A stretch of DNA of 32,000 nt. Origin: Promethearchaeota archaeon (GTDB taxonomy: Archaea > Asgardarchaeota > Lokiarchaeia > Sigyniarchaeales > Promethearchaeaceae). Below the pieces are notes generated by a model. The model saw only the letters and a program-made list of their open reading frames with translations. It was not told the origin of the DNA and ran no database searches. The position numbers were made by a program, and so were the translations under genes. The stretch lies in contig JAFGBS010000009.1 in assembly GCA_016933055.1 (NCBI GenBank), positions 300,001 through 332,000 on the forward strand, given 5' to 3'. Of this stretch, positions 8,955 through 18,186 are shown piece after piece. Every line of letters starts with the position of its first letter. The stretch's first letter is position 1.

Positions 8955-9859
8955 AAATCAAAAAAGATATTCATTTCCTGAGAATCTTTATCATATAGAG
9001 TTTTAATAAATGAGATTTCATTAACAATACGCATTAGTGTTGCTTTAATCTCTTTTATTCGATTTCTTTGATTTATCATGGATCTAGTGATGTCTTTCTC
9101 ACTTACTCCCGCACGGGAACCTTTATATCTTAAATAAATATCTTCAAGAAATTTATTGACACTGATACCAGAATCCAAGGATTCAAACAATCGGTAGAAA
9201 AATGAAAAGATTATCTCTCGTTCTAATGGTTCATCCACAAAATTAGAAATTACTTCTTTAATTCGAGTGGTTATTTCTTTTTTTTCTGCAAAAAGATTTT
9301 CGCGATCTTGCTCAACACTTCTTAAATTTAACTCAATAGTACGTAATGCTCTTCCTAATTGGATCAAGGCTGCATTTTGTGCACGGCGTTCAGCCAATTC
9401 TATTGAATCCTCGGCATCCTTCTTAACACCGTAAATAGATACTTGAAGAGGATATTTCGATTTCTTTTTTTCTAAACGTTTGTATACATCTTGAGTAGCT
9501 TGAGAGACATTTTTCACCGAATAATTGAAATAGTTTAAAGAAAAATCAAGATTAAGGGATAGGCTAATTTCGGGATTTAAACAGTAGAAAACTTTCTTTT
9601 TATCTCGTTCATCTTTAGAATATGGAATGATTAATCCCACTTGCAATAAATTTTCAAGATGCTTTTTGATTGCAGGTTTACTAATTCCAAGGTCTTTAGA
9701 TAAATTCGTTGCTATACTAGGAGTCTTTGATAATTTCATTAGTATTTTCCTATCGATCTCATTTCCCAAGATATTCATCAATAACTCGATATTTATTGAA
9801 CCATCTTCTTGTATAATTTTTAATGGTTCATTATCCGTTTGTTCTATTTCTGTTCCCAC
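8951..9859 (-). CDS. ArsR-like winged-HTH transcriptional regulator with C-terminal coiled coil (Phr/HSR1-like)
   Basis: ILGNEIDRKILMKLS...LSKDLGISKPAIKKHLENLLQVGLI...KKKVFYCL, then a heptad-rich helix (LRTIELNLRSVEQDRENLFAEKKEITTRIKE); directly downstream of cdc48. Confidence 0.8.
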   Translation of the reverse strand: MGTEIEQTDNEPLKIIQEDGSINIELLMNILGNEIDRKILMKLSKTPSIATNLSKDLGISKPAIKKHLENLLQVGLIIPYSKDERDKKKVFYCLNPEISLSLNLDFSLNYFNYSVKNVSQATQDVYKRLEKKKSKYPLQVSIYGVKKDAEDSIELAERRAQNAALIQLGRALRTIELNLRSVEQDRENLFAEKKEITTRIKEVISNFVDEPLEREIIFSFFYRLFESLDSGISVNKFLEDIYLRYKGSRAGVSEKDITRSMINQRNRIKEIKATLMRIVNEISFIKTLYDKDSQEMNIFFDF

Positions 9860-9879
9860 TTTCCATCCCTAAATATGTG

Positions 9880-9894
9880 TAAATCTTTTGTTAA
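9880..9894 (-). promoter_or_regulatory. Putative operator box upstream of the HTH regulator
   Basis: taaatcttttgttaa matches taaacctttagttaa (12777-12791) at 13/15 positions and lies 20 bp upstream of the GTG start at 9859. Confidence 0.5.
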
Positions 9895-9901
9895 AAAAAA
9901 A
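9893..9901 (-). terminator. Oligo-T (T9) tract immediately after the cdc48 stop
   Basis: Nine A on the + strand abut the TAA at 9902-9904; archaeal intrinsic terminators are typically U-tracts. Confidence 0.4.
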
Positions 9902-12124
9902 TTAGGAAAACATTGGATTAGGCAATGCACCTTCTAGCTTCTGGTAGGTTTTATTGGTACGTTGTGCTTCCTTTTCTACCGATTTCATAGCTTCCTCAAA
10001 ATGCTTCATTTCAATTACTAATTCACTGACATTTTTGTCAGAATCTGCAAAATTCTTTATCATAATTCCTTCCCGAATTGCAAGAATTGTTGCTTCTTGG
10101 CATAGGGCTTCAATGTCTGCACCAGTTTTACCCTCCATTCGTTTAGCTAACTCTCGGTAAGATATTCCTTTAGCCACCGGCCTTTCTTTCATATGTATCT
10201 CGAAAATTTTTTCTCGTGTATCAAGGTCTGGTAATGGCACCTCGATATGTCGTCCAAATCTACCTGCACGTAATAATGCTGGATCGATAATATCTGGTCG
10301 ATTGGTCGCTGCTATGATCACCACATTATTTAAAGCTTCCAAGCCATCCATTTCTGTCAATAATTGGGAAATAACGCGCTCTGTAACCTGACTATCGGCT
10401 CTACCCCCCCGCACAGGAGCTATCGCATCAATTTCATCAAGAAATATAATACAAGGTGCTGCAGAACGTGCTTTTCGGAAAGTCTCACGCACGGCCTTTT
10501 CACTTTCTCCAACCCACTTGGATAGAAATTCAGGTCCTTTGACGGAAATGAAGTTAACTTCACTTTCATGCGCTAATGCTTTGGCTAATAAGGTTTTTCC
10601 TGTGCCGGGTAATCCCCATAATAATATACCTTTTGGAGGTCTGGCTCCCATATGTTTGTATATATTCGGATATTTCAATGGCCATTCTATGATTTCGCGA
10701 AGTAATTGCTTTGCTTCCTCTAACCCGCCAACATCGTCCCATGTTTCAGGGGGGGTCTGAATAAACACTTCACGTAATGCAGAGGGCTCTACTTCTGTTA
10801 AAGCTCCATCAAAATCAGCTTTTGTCACAGATAGTGATTCTAAAAGTTCCAGAGGGATTTCATCCTCTTCAAGTTTCAAATCGGGTAGGATTCTGCGCAA
10901 AGTTTTCATCGCAGCTTCTTTTCCGATCATTTGAAGATCTGCACCAACAAATCCATGTGTTTTTTGAGCATAATAATTTAGATCTACATCATCGGCTAAA
11001 GGCATACCTCGGGTATGAATTTGCAGAATTTCCAGTCGGCCTTTCTTATCCGGTACCCCAATTTCAATTTCTCGGTCAAATCTTCCCGGTCGTCGAAGTG
11101 CTGGGTCTAATGCATTCTGACGATTGGTTGCACCAATTACTACAACATTTCCTCGTGGATCTAAACCATCCATTAAGGCTAACAATTGTGCAACTACCCT
11201 TCTTTCAACATCACCTTGAGTCTCTCCTCGTTTTGGTGCTATAGAATCCAGCTCATCAATGAAAATAATACTAGGTGCTTTTTCTTGTGCTTCCTTAAAC
11301 ACATTTCGTAAATTCTCTTCCGATTGTCCATAAAATTTAGACATTATTTCGGGTCCTGATAAATTAATGAAATGTGCATTCGTTTCATGTGCTACAGCCT
11401 TCGCCAGTAAGGTTTTACCAGTTCCTGGGGGTCCATAAAGCAGAACTCCTTTTGGAGGTTCAATTCCTAAGCGGTTAAATAACTCCGGATGTCTTAAGGG
11501 AAGCTCAATCATTTCTCGCACCTTTTGGATCTCTTCAGTTAGACCACCAATATCATCATACATAACCCTCTTATCCATTTGAAGGTCTTCGGGGCGGATT
11601 ACTTTGTCTTCAATAATAATTTCGGTATCTCGGTTAATTTGTACAGCTTCCCCTCTCGGACGAAATCCAACGATCGCAAAATCAAGGTCATAGTTCATGA
11701 TATGAAACCTGAGTAAATCTCCGGGAGATACTACCCGATTTTCCAATACTTGAGCGAAATATTGAGTATTTTTTAATCGCATTGCTCGGTCTACCCATGC
11801 AAAAGTTACAGATTCGGCAGGTTTAACCGTAATTTTCCGTACATAGACGCGTTCATCTAGAGAAGCATTCAAATTCCGTCTAGTGCTTCCATCTATTCGG
11901 ATAACTGCTTTTCCTGCGTCATCTCGGAATCCTGGCCATACTAAACATGCTGTTTTTTTTCCCATCAGAGGATTTTCTAGTTGAATAACATCTCCCGATT
12001 TAATTTGATATGCTGCTGCTAAATCAGGATCTAACCGAGCGATGCCTCTCCCCACATCTTTGGATCGAGCATCGGCAACTCGTAATGAGAGTTTGTCCTT
12101 ATCCTTTTCATTGGTTTTACTCAT
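9902..12124 (-). CDS. cdc48: CDC48/VCP/p97 family AAA+ ATPase
   Basis: N-domain ([19 protein letters not shown]), D1 Walker A GPPGTGKT / Walker B IIFIDELD / [10 protein letters not shown]2 GLPGTGKT / IIFLDEID / LRAGRFGR. Confidence 0.97.
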   Translation of the reverse strand: MSKTNEKDKDKLSLRVADARSKDVGRGIARLDPDLAAAYQIKSGDVIQLENPLMGKKTACLVWPGFRDDAGKAVIRIDGSTRRNLNASLDERVYVRKITVKPAESVTFAWVDRAMRLKNTQYFAQVLENRVVSPGDLLRFHIMNYDLDFAIVGFRPRGEAVQINRDTEIIIEDKVIRPEDLQMDKRVMYDDIGGLTEEIQKVREMIELPLRHPELFNRLGIEPPKGVLLYGPPGTGKTLLAKAVAHETNAHFINLSGPEIMSKFYGQSEENLRNVFKEAQEKAPSIIFIDELDSIAPKRGETQGDVERRVVAQLLALMDGLDPRGNVVVIGATNRQNALDPALRRPGRFDREIEIGVPDKKGRLEILQIHTRGMPLADDVDLNYYAQKTHGFVGADLQMIGKEAAMKTLRRILPDLKLEEDEIPLELLESLSVTKADFDGALTEVEPSALREVFIQTPPETWDDVGGLEEAKQLLREIIEWPLKYPNIYKHMGARPPKGILLWGLPGTGKTLLAKALAHESEVNFISVKGPEFLSKWVGESEKAVRETFRKARSAAPCIIFLDEIDAIAPVRGGRADSQVTERVISQLLTEMDGLEALNNVVIIAATNRPDIIDPALLRAGRFGRHIEVPLPDLDTREKIFEIHMKERPVAKGISYRELAKRMEGKTGADIEALCQEATILAIREGIMIKNFADSDKNVSELVIEMKHFEEAMKSVEKEAQRTNKTYQKLEGALPNPMFS

Positions 12125-12131
12125 TCTTTTT

Positions 12132-12722
12132 CTATTCCTTTACTATTTTTATTTGATATATGTTATTATTACCATCTATTACTGTTTTCGTCTTATCTAG
12201 ATTAAAGTCTATGTTAAAATCTACCTTATAAGCAGTATACTCATTTTCACCGATAATAGTCACTTTATTTCCAGATTGGGATAATATTATTTGGTCTTTT
12301 TCAACGTTTGGCAATTCAATGGTCAAGAGTGCGGAATTTTCGTCTCTTTCAACTTCAAAAAAAGTATCTTCATAGTTAACAATATCATTATCGGGATTTT
12401 CGTTGATGGATACATTCTTAGCGTCCAGTACAGGTAAATTTATGGTCGGATTATAATTTCTACGAATAATTGCATTGGTATCGAATTTCATTCCTTTAAC
12501 CATGTCAAGAAGTGTTTTATCATCAACTAGTTCTCCATTAATTCGTATTTCGGGTTTGTCCATTCCTGTTCCAAAGCGGTATGATACTGAATGATGATGC
12601 ATATTCGGATTTATATCACTCAAATTAGGCAAATTGGCGATATTTCCAAATAATCGTTCAATCATTTCATCTAAATCTTTAAAATCAAATGGATCAAAGC
12701 CATCAATATCATTATTTTTCAT
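12132..12722 (-). CDS. hsp20: Small heat-shock protein (archaeal Hsp20, divergent alpha-crystallin domain)
   Basis: Acidic/Phe-rich N-terminus ([16 protein letters not shown]), SVSYRFG...KPEIRING, C-terminal [25 protein letters not shown]...NNIYQIKI; 7 bp upstream of cdc48. Confidence 0.7.
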   Translation of the reverse strand: MKNNDIDGFDPFDFKDLDEMIERLFGNIANLPNLSDINPNMHHHSVSYRFGTGMDKPEIRINGELVDDKTLLDMVKGMKFDTNAIIRRNYNPTINLPVLDAKNVSINENPDNDIVNYEDTFFEVERDENSALLTIELPNVEKDQIILSQSGNKVTIIGENEYTAYKVDFNIDFNLDKTKTVIDGNNNIYQIKIVKE

Positions 12723-12742
12723 ATATATTATTCCTCTTTTAA

Positions 12743-12809
12743 TTAACTAAAGGTTTACTATCTTATAAACCTTTGGTAAACCTTTAGTTAACAAGAAACC
12801 TTACGTTTT
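12743..12809 (-). promoter_or_regulatory. Putative hsp20-cdc48 promoter (TATA TTTATAAG at 12769-12762) overlaid by four AAC-N5-GT(T) operator-like boxes
   Basis: Boxes ttAACtaaagGTTta 12743-12757, taAACctttgGTaaa 12766-12780, taAACctttaGTTaa 12777-12791, gaAACcttacGTTtt 12795-12809; perfect 16-bp inverted repeat 12743-12758/12776-12791; SD-like GAGGA at 12736-12732. Confidence 0.7.
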
Positions 12810-12949
12810 TAAAAAACCTGAACATTATAAAAGAATAACTCCAACAAGTAACCTCACTCAGATTTTTATCATTATTTTAAAACAACCTAACTATTCTCAA
12901 TTGTTATTCATAAATTTTAACTTTTAATCTTAATAGATCTGCATGAGAG

Positions 12950-14245
12950 ATGCTTGAATCAATTTTTTTGGTCAAATTCAAATTCGATGATTTGGAAGAA
13001 TGCCTGAAATCCATGGACAATCCTTCCGAACAACCCGAAATTCCGGGTTCTCATGGCACAATAACTCATTTTTATCCCCAAATTTCCATTTCTCTTAATA
13101 ATTCTGGAGCAATTGGACGGATCATTCTACAACATCTTAACAAAATCCGCACTTCACAAAATTCAACATATCCTTTTTTTGAATCAAAAATTACTTCCTC
13201 CCTAGAGAGACATTCTGGTAAGAATTTAAGGGAAGATGATGCAGAAGAACGCTTATATGCGAAGCTATCTGGAAGTTATTTGAGTGGAAATTCTCCCATT
13301 GAAGATAATCCTATCCGATTAATCTCTACTATAGATACAGAAATATTATCAGATCATGCTTTACATTATCCTCAAAAACCAAAATCATCTCAAATTGATC
13401 TTCATCCTCAAAATATATATGATTCCTTAGTATATTCTTGTTTTCTGCCTTCTGATAAGATACTATGTTTAGTTTTCAGTAAAAATGATAATCCTTATGA
13501 TTACACAAAAGATATTGAAGATGCTATTGATGTCTTTATTTATTCTAATCTCGAAGAGTTTCACATCTTACCTGATAATGAAATTGAAACCGCATTAATG
13601 TCAGTTTATATAGATATCCGATCCCGCTCACTAATTTTAACCGAGGATTGTTCTTTTTTTATCGGTCAAGATGAATTACGAGAGCGATTGATATCAGATA
13701 GTATCAATAAAATAATTAAGGTTTTCTTATACGGTATTGATAATGTGGGTAAGAGTTCCTTTATGCGTTATTTGAAAACCAACAAGTTTGATTTAGACTA
13801 CTTCAGTCCCACGAAAAAATTCATCGTTCATAGAATTCCTCTACCCCAAGGATATAAGATCATCTGCTGGGAAATGCCGGGTCAGAAAAAGTTTCGACGA
13901 GTATGGCTAAGAGGAGTTCAAGAAAGTAATATTCTTCTCTTCATGCTTGATGCTAGTGATGAAGAGCGATTTCTTGAAGCCAAACGGGCATTTTGGTCCA
14001 TTGTTACTCGGTATGAAGTAAAAAATGTTCCCGTATTATTCATAGCAAACAAAATTGATCTAATTGATAACAAAACCAAATTAAGTAAAATTGAACCTTT
14101 TTTTTCCCTACCGGAGTTACAAGATCGGAAATGGTCAATAAAATTCACAAGCCTAGTTACGAAAGAAGGGATAAAAGATGTAATTGATTGGATTACGGAA
14201 ACGGTTAAAGAAAATCTTCTCGAAGACATTAAAAAAGTAATATAA
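12950..14245 (+). CDS. Fusion of an uncharacterised N-terminal region (possibly longin/uDENN-like) with a C-terminal Arf/Sar-like small GTPase
   Basis: G1 GIDNVGKS, G2 SPT, G3 WEMPGQ...FRRVW, LLFMLDASDEERF, G4 NKID, G5 TSLVTKEG. The N-terminal fold call is only a guess from SCFLPSDKILCLVFSKNDNPYDY. Confidence 0.85.
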   Translation: MLESIFLVKFKFDDLEECLKSMDNPSEQPEIPGSHGTITHFYPQISISLNNSGAIGRIILQHLNKIRTSQNSTYPFFESKITSSLERHSGKNLREDDAEERLYAKLSGSYLSGNSPIEDNPIRLISTIDTEILSDHALHYPQKPKSSQIDLHPQNIYDSLVYSCFLPSDKILCLVFSKNDNPYDYTKDIEDAIDVFIYSNLEEFHILPDNEIETALMSVYIDIRSRSLILTEDCSFFIGQDELRERLISDSINKIIKVFLYGIDNVGKSSFMRYLKTNKFDLDYFSPTKKFIVHRIPLPQGYKIICWEMPGQKKFRRVWLRGVQESNILLFMLDASDEERFLEAKRAFWSIVTRYEVKNVPVLFIANKIDLIDNKTKLSKIEPFFSLPELQDRKWSIKFTSLVTKEGIKDVIDWITETVKENLLEDIKKVI

Positions 14246-14258
14246 TATTTTTCCTCTA

Positions 14259-15143
14259 TCATACCTCTAATATCACGGGTTTAAATTGATTTTTTTCCGG
14301 CATAACACATACGTAGTGTCCATATTTCATGTATTTCTCTACCATAAAATCAGAAATTCCGTGCCAGTGCCCATAACAAAAATAATGAAGATGTGTAGTA
14401 TTGAATTCCTTAATGAAGTTCATGGTTGGAGGATTTCGATGCTGAAGGATTATTATTTTATTAGGATTCATTTTATTTTGAGCATATTGGACGAATGAGA
14501 TATAATCGTGCACTATTTCTTGTTTATACATTGTCCATGATTTAATCGAGTCATTTTTTTCATACCAAGGTAAACCATAAAGTAATACATCTCTTAGACA
14601 CATTCCAGAATTATGCAATAATATAATATTTTCACCCAGCTTTATCTTGGAATCCATCCCAACAGGGCTGTCTCCAAAATAATCTACTATTGTCTGGAAA
14701 ATCTGGGTGTTTTTTGTTCGAGACAGTGCGAATTGTTGAAGATAATGCTCAAATTTTCTGATATCTAAATACAATTCTTTCGTTCCATTATCGTTTATTG
14801 GATTTACTACCAGTTCAAACCAAAAATCATGATTTCCTTTAGTAAATATTAGGGGGATTCTTTCATCCACGAGATTCCGAACGATGGATACTTGAACAAA
14901 CGGATAAAAATACCACATGGGATCCATTTTTTCTAAAATATTCTCGGAAAAAGGAAAGGAAAACAGATCCCAGCCAAAATCCCCATTAATTATAAGTGCA
15001 TCGACTTCAAAGGTGCTGATTTGTGAATAAAATAACTCTAAATTCGAGTAAAAACTCTCCGTGTATCCATAGTGACTTGCTAATACTGATAATTTTGTCA
15101 ATTTCCATGGATAATGTGAATCGGAAATCAGAGCTAAACGCAT
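14259..15143 (-). CDS. Calcineurin-like metallophosphoesterase
   Basis: DSH, NGDFGW, KGNHDFW, HRNP and YGHWH metal-binding motifs appear in canonical order. Confidence 0.88.
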   Translation of the reverse strand: MRLALISDSHYPWKLTKLSVLASHYGYTESFYSNLELFYSQISTFEVDALIINGDFGWDLFSFPFSENILEKMDPMWYFYPFVQVSIVRNLVDERIPLIFTKGNHDFWFELVVNPINDNGTKELYLDIRKFEHYLQQFALSRTKNTQIFQTIVDYFGDSPVGMDSKIKLGENIILLHNSGMCLRDVLLYGLPWYEKNDSIKSWTMYKQEIVHDYISFVQYAQNKMNPNKIIILQHRNPPTMNFIKEFNTTHLHYFCYGHWHGISDFMVEKYMKYGHYVCVMPEKNQFKPVILEV

Positions 15144-15175
15144 ATTTTAAGTTAAGAATCATCCTTTATCATATC

Positions 15176-16531
15176 ATGTGCGACACTTTAGTAATTCTTG
15201 GTCCGTATACGAAAAACGGAAACACACTATTTGGTAAAAATTCCGATCGAGAACCGGATGAGGTACAGAACGTAATTTTTATACCAGGTGAAACCCATCC
15301 TCCACAATCTCAAGTCAGATGTACTTATATTACTGTTCCCCAAGTGGAGCAAACATATGACATTATTCTTTCTCAACCATTTTGGATGTGGGGTGGGGAA
15401 ATGGGAGTGAACCAGTTTGGAGTCACCATTGGCAATGAAGCAGTATTCACTATAGAATCTTTAAGTGATAATGGTCTATTGGGAATGGACATGCTTCGAT
15501 TAGCTCTCGAACGCTCAAAAACTGCCAAGGAAGCATTACTGATTATTATCGACTTGCTGGAAACCTATGGTCAAGGAGGAAATTGTGGATATAAATCCAA
15601 ACTCAACTATCACAATAGCTGGTTGATTGTGGACAAAAATAACGGATTCGTGTTAGAAACTGCTGGAGAACATTGGATTTGGAAAGAATTTACACGCAAC
15701 TACAGTATTTCAAATGTTCTTACGATTGAAAATCAATATGATGAAATATCGGAGGATGCAATCAATAATGCCATTCGTAACGGTAAATGCAGCTCGGCAC
15801 AAGATTTTTCATTTCGTAAATGTTATTCGGCCAAGGGCTTGAAATTTTTGATGCGCTCATTGTATAGAAAACTAGGAAGAGGACAATCTCGTCGGGATCA
15901 ACATTACAATGCTGCTTGTACCCTAGTTGAGAAAAGCAATGCTACTGTTCAATCATTAATGACTATTTTACGTTCTCATGCAGTCGAAGATTATGATCCT
16001 GAATTCGGAACAAATAGGGATATTTGTTGGCATGCAGGCGATAACCTAATTCGTAATTCACAATCTGTAAATTCTTTTATTACTGAAACCAGTTCAGATG
16101 ATATAACTTCGATTTGGACAACTCTAGGATCTTCCCCTTGTATCCAAATCTATAAACCATTTTTCCTAAAGAGAAATTCTCCAAATAAATTTCCCAATGT
16201 TGGATTTGGATATAAATACTACAATTCAGATGCGGTTTGGTGGCGAAATGAGGTATTACATAGATTAGTCCTGAAAAATTATCCGGATCGTTTACCAACC
16301 TATGAGAGGGAAAGACAATCCTATGAATCTAAATGGTTAGATCAAGTGGAAAATGCCATTCGAGATAAAAGTGAACTTTTTGGATTATCGAGTGATTTAT
16401 TTGATTTATCGCTGGATCTAACAGAAAAATGGATTGAAAGAGTGAAATTAGTACCTGAAAAATCGAAATTAAAACACGGGTATGAGAAATATTGGAATAA
16501 ATTATCCAAATCAAATAAAATGGAAAATTAG
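15176..16531 (+). CDS. Peptidase C69 / secernin-like Ntn-hydrolase
   Basis: Start corrected to MCDTLV (N-terminal Cys nucleophile, ATG 15176); FGKNSDREPDE, WMWGGEMGVN, IGNEAVF, GMDMLRLALERS, YGQGGNC, VLETAG. Confidence 0.9.
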   Translation: MCDTLVILGPYTKNGNTLFGKNSDREPDEVQNVIFIPGETHPPQSQVRCTYITVPQVEQTYDIILSQPFWMWGGEMGVNQFGVTIGNEAVFTIESLSDNGLLGMDMLRLALERSKTAKEALLIIIDLLETYGQGGNCGYKSKLNYHNSWLIVDKNNGFVLETAGEHWIWKEFTRNYSISNVLTIENQYDEISEDAINNAIRNGKCSSAQDFSFRKCYSAKGLKFLMRSLYRKLGRGQSRRDQHYNAACTLVEKSNATVQSLMTILRSHAVEDYDPEFGTNRDICWHAGDNLIRNSQSVNSFITETSSDDITSIWTTLGSSPCIQIYKPFFLKRNSPNKFPNVGFGYKYYNSDAVWWRNEVLHRLVLKNYPDRLPTYERERQSYESKWLDQVENAIRDKSELFGLSSDLFDLSLDLTEKWIERVKLVPEKSKLKHGYEKYWNKLSKSNKMEN

Positions 16532-16538
16532 AAAAAAA
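16532..16538 (-). terminator. T7 tract after the stop of the 16546-18186 gene
   Basis: A7 on the + strand, 7 bp beyond the stop, in a 14-bp convergent gap. Confidence 0.3.
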
Positions 16539-16545
16539 GATAATA

Positions 16546-18186
16546 TTATATTAATATAAACAATAACGCGGCTGCAATTGCAATTAAAATTGTTACTCCC
16601 ATAAAAATCACACGAAAAGTCCAGTCGCGTGATTTCATTATTTTCTTAAACGGCTTTTTAAACGGTCCAAATTTTTCTTCACTAAGAGGAATTTCGTGAT
16701 AATGGGTAAAAGTTTCACTTTCTATCTGTAATTGATTGATTGGAACGCAGAAATAAAGGAAAAGCATGAAAATTAGTCCAATCGTTAAAATAGTAGTCCC
16801 AATCGTTTCTAGGATAAGAATAAAACGCGAGAAGTCGCCATACACATAAGCATAGATTGTTTGCATCACTGCGAGGTCCATAACCCACATTGCCGAGAGT
16901 ACTTCAAAAGGTTTCAATTTTCTCAAATGGGGAGTTAGGGATACCGATTTTGTTTTGAATGCAGCCACATGAATTTTTTTTCTGCCAAATTGCGCATTTA
17001 AGAAGAATTTTTTATCTGATTGATTATAATACACCCTTTGGGTCGTGTTAAAATCCGTGAATAATGCCATTATTATCAAACCAAGACCAAATACCATACC
17101 CCCAAACCAGAATAGGGCGCCATATATAATCTGGAATGCGTAAGAAACCAAAGATATCACAAGAATGGTCAATCCCATAATTAAACGAAAATATTTATGC
17201 TGTTTTTCTCGTGTGATTAGAATATCGTGTTCTTCTGAGTTCAAATCTCCGTAAGCGAAATCACCTCGACTGTCCATTTGCTTAGAAACACATTCCAAAA
17301 CACTCAAAATTTCTGTTCTGGCTGTAGCCTTCTGTGGATTAAACCACATTTCATAATATTTATCAGCTGACACCAATTCTAGATAATCTTGAGGATACAC
17401 GACTAGCAAGAATAAACAAATAAAATGAATAACGGCTGTTAATGTCATCATGATAGGAAATTCATGAGTTTCAGCACGCGGTTCATCAAACATCGGAACT
17501 CCATATTTCAACATTAAAAGAGCTGTAGGAACAAAATAAATGATCCATATAATACGGTGTCCGATATTCGTATTCTGATAACGCAATGCTTCTACGTCAG
17601 TTTTGGCAATTTCAGTTAATTTGGGAAATAATAGTCTCCGTTCATGTATATAGTAGATATTTTCACTTTGAGAAATATTTCCGGGATATATGGTAAGTAT
17701 ACTATATACCAGCATAGCGGCACCTATAATAAATGCGGGAAATCCTACCAACCAGAAAAATGACATATTCCCTAATGTTAAAGCAGTACCATGGTATTGC
17801 TCAACTGGAATGTCTTCAGGCGGTCCAAAATATGCTCCGAGGAAGAAATAATTTAAAATTCCGATAGAAATAAGCAAAATCGCTGCATAAAACCGTGTCC
17901 ATGGAATGGACACAAAACGAGTCTCTGCAATCACTTTTTCTCTATACTTGTCTGATGTTTTATACGTCCACACCCCTTCCGATAATTTTTTCGGCGAAAG
18001 AGAAAAAAACATTCCAATTAAGAGAGCTCCAAGAAGGAACACAAGTGCTGCGAAGAAATATTGAACCACTTGATATACAAAAATAACCATGAATACTGCT
18101 ACAGCAAGGAATACAATTCCTAGTAAAAGATAGGTATATCTCCTGCGCTGATTCTTCATACTGAACTGATTATAGGATTCACTCAT
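16546..18186 (-). CDS. Polytopic membrane protein of unknown function
   Basis: About 11-12 hydrophobic segments. Start moved to ATG 18186, which overlaps the upstream stop (TAATG) and has GGAGGG upstream. Confidence 0.75.
   Translation of the reverse strand: MSESYNQFSMKNQRRRYTYLLLGIVFLAVAVFMVIFVYQVVQYFFAALVFLLGALLIGMFFSLSPKKLSEGVWTYKTSDKYREKVIAETRFVSIPWTRFYAAILLISIGILNYFFLGAYFGPPEDIPVEQYHGTALTLGNMSFFWLVGFPAFIIGAAMLVYSILTIYPGNISQSENIYYIHERRLLFPKLTEIAKTDVEALRYQNTNIGHRIIWIIYFVPTALLMLKYGVPMFDEPRAETHEFPIMMTLTAVIHFICLFLLVVYPQDYLELVSADKYYEMWFNPQKATARTEILSVLECVSKQMDSRGDFAYGDLNSEEHDILITREKQHKYFRLIMGLTILVISLVSYAFQIIYGALFWFGGMVFGLGLIIMALFTDFNTTQRVYYNQSDKKFFLNAQFGRKKIHVAAFKTKSVSLTPHLRKLKPFEVLSAMWVMDLAVMQTIYAYVYGDFSRFILILETIGTTILTIGLIFMLFLYFCVPINQLQIESETFTHYHEIPLSEEKFGPFKKPFKKIMKSRDWTFRVIFMGVTILIAIAAALLFILI

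Noticed and set aside
10777-11244. 155-aa ORF antisense to cdc48 (also 9954-10160 and 10518-10760)
   Set aside because: Shadow ORFs of a highly conserved gene with no recognisable motifs.
15023-15175. ORF-track N-terminal extensions (also 2453, 6569, 8214, 8245, 18270, 22188, 31126)
   Set aside because: They overlap neighbouring genes or precede better starts with SD-like motifs or family-typical N-termini such as MCDT.
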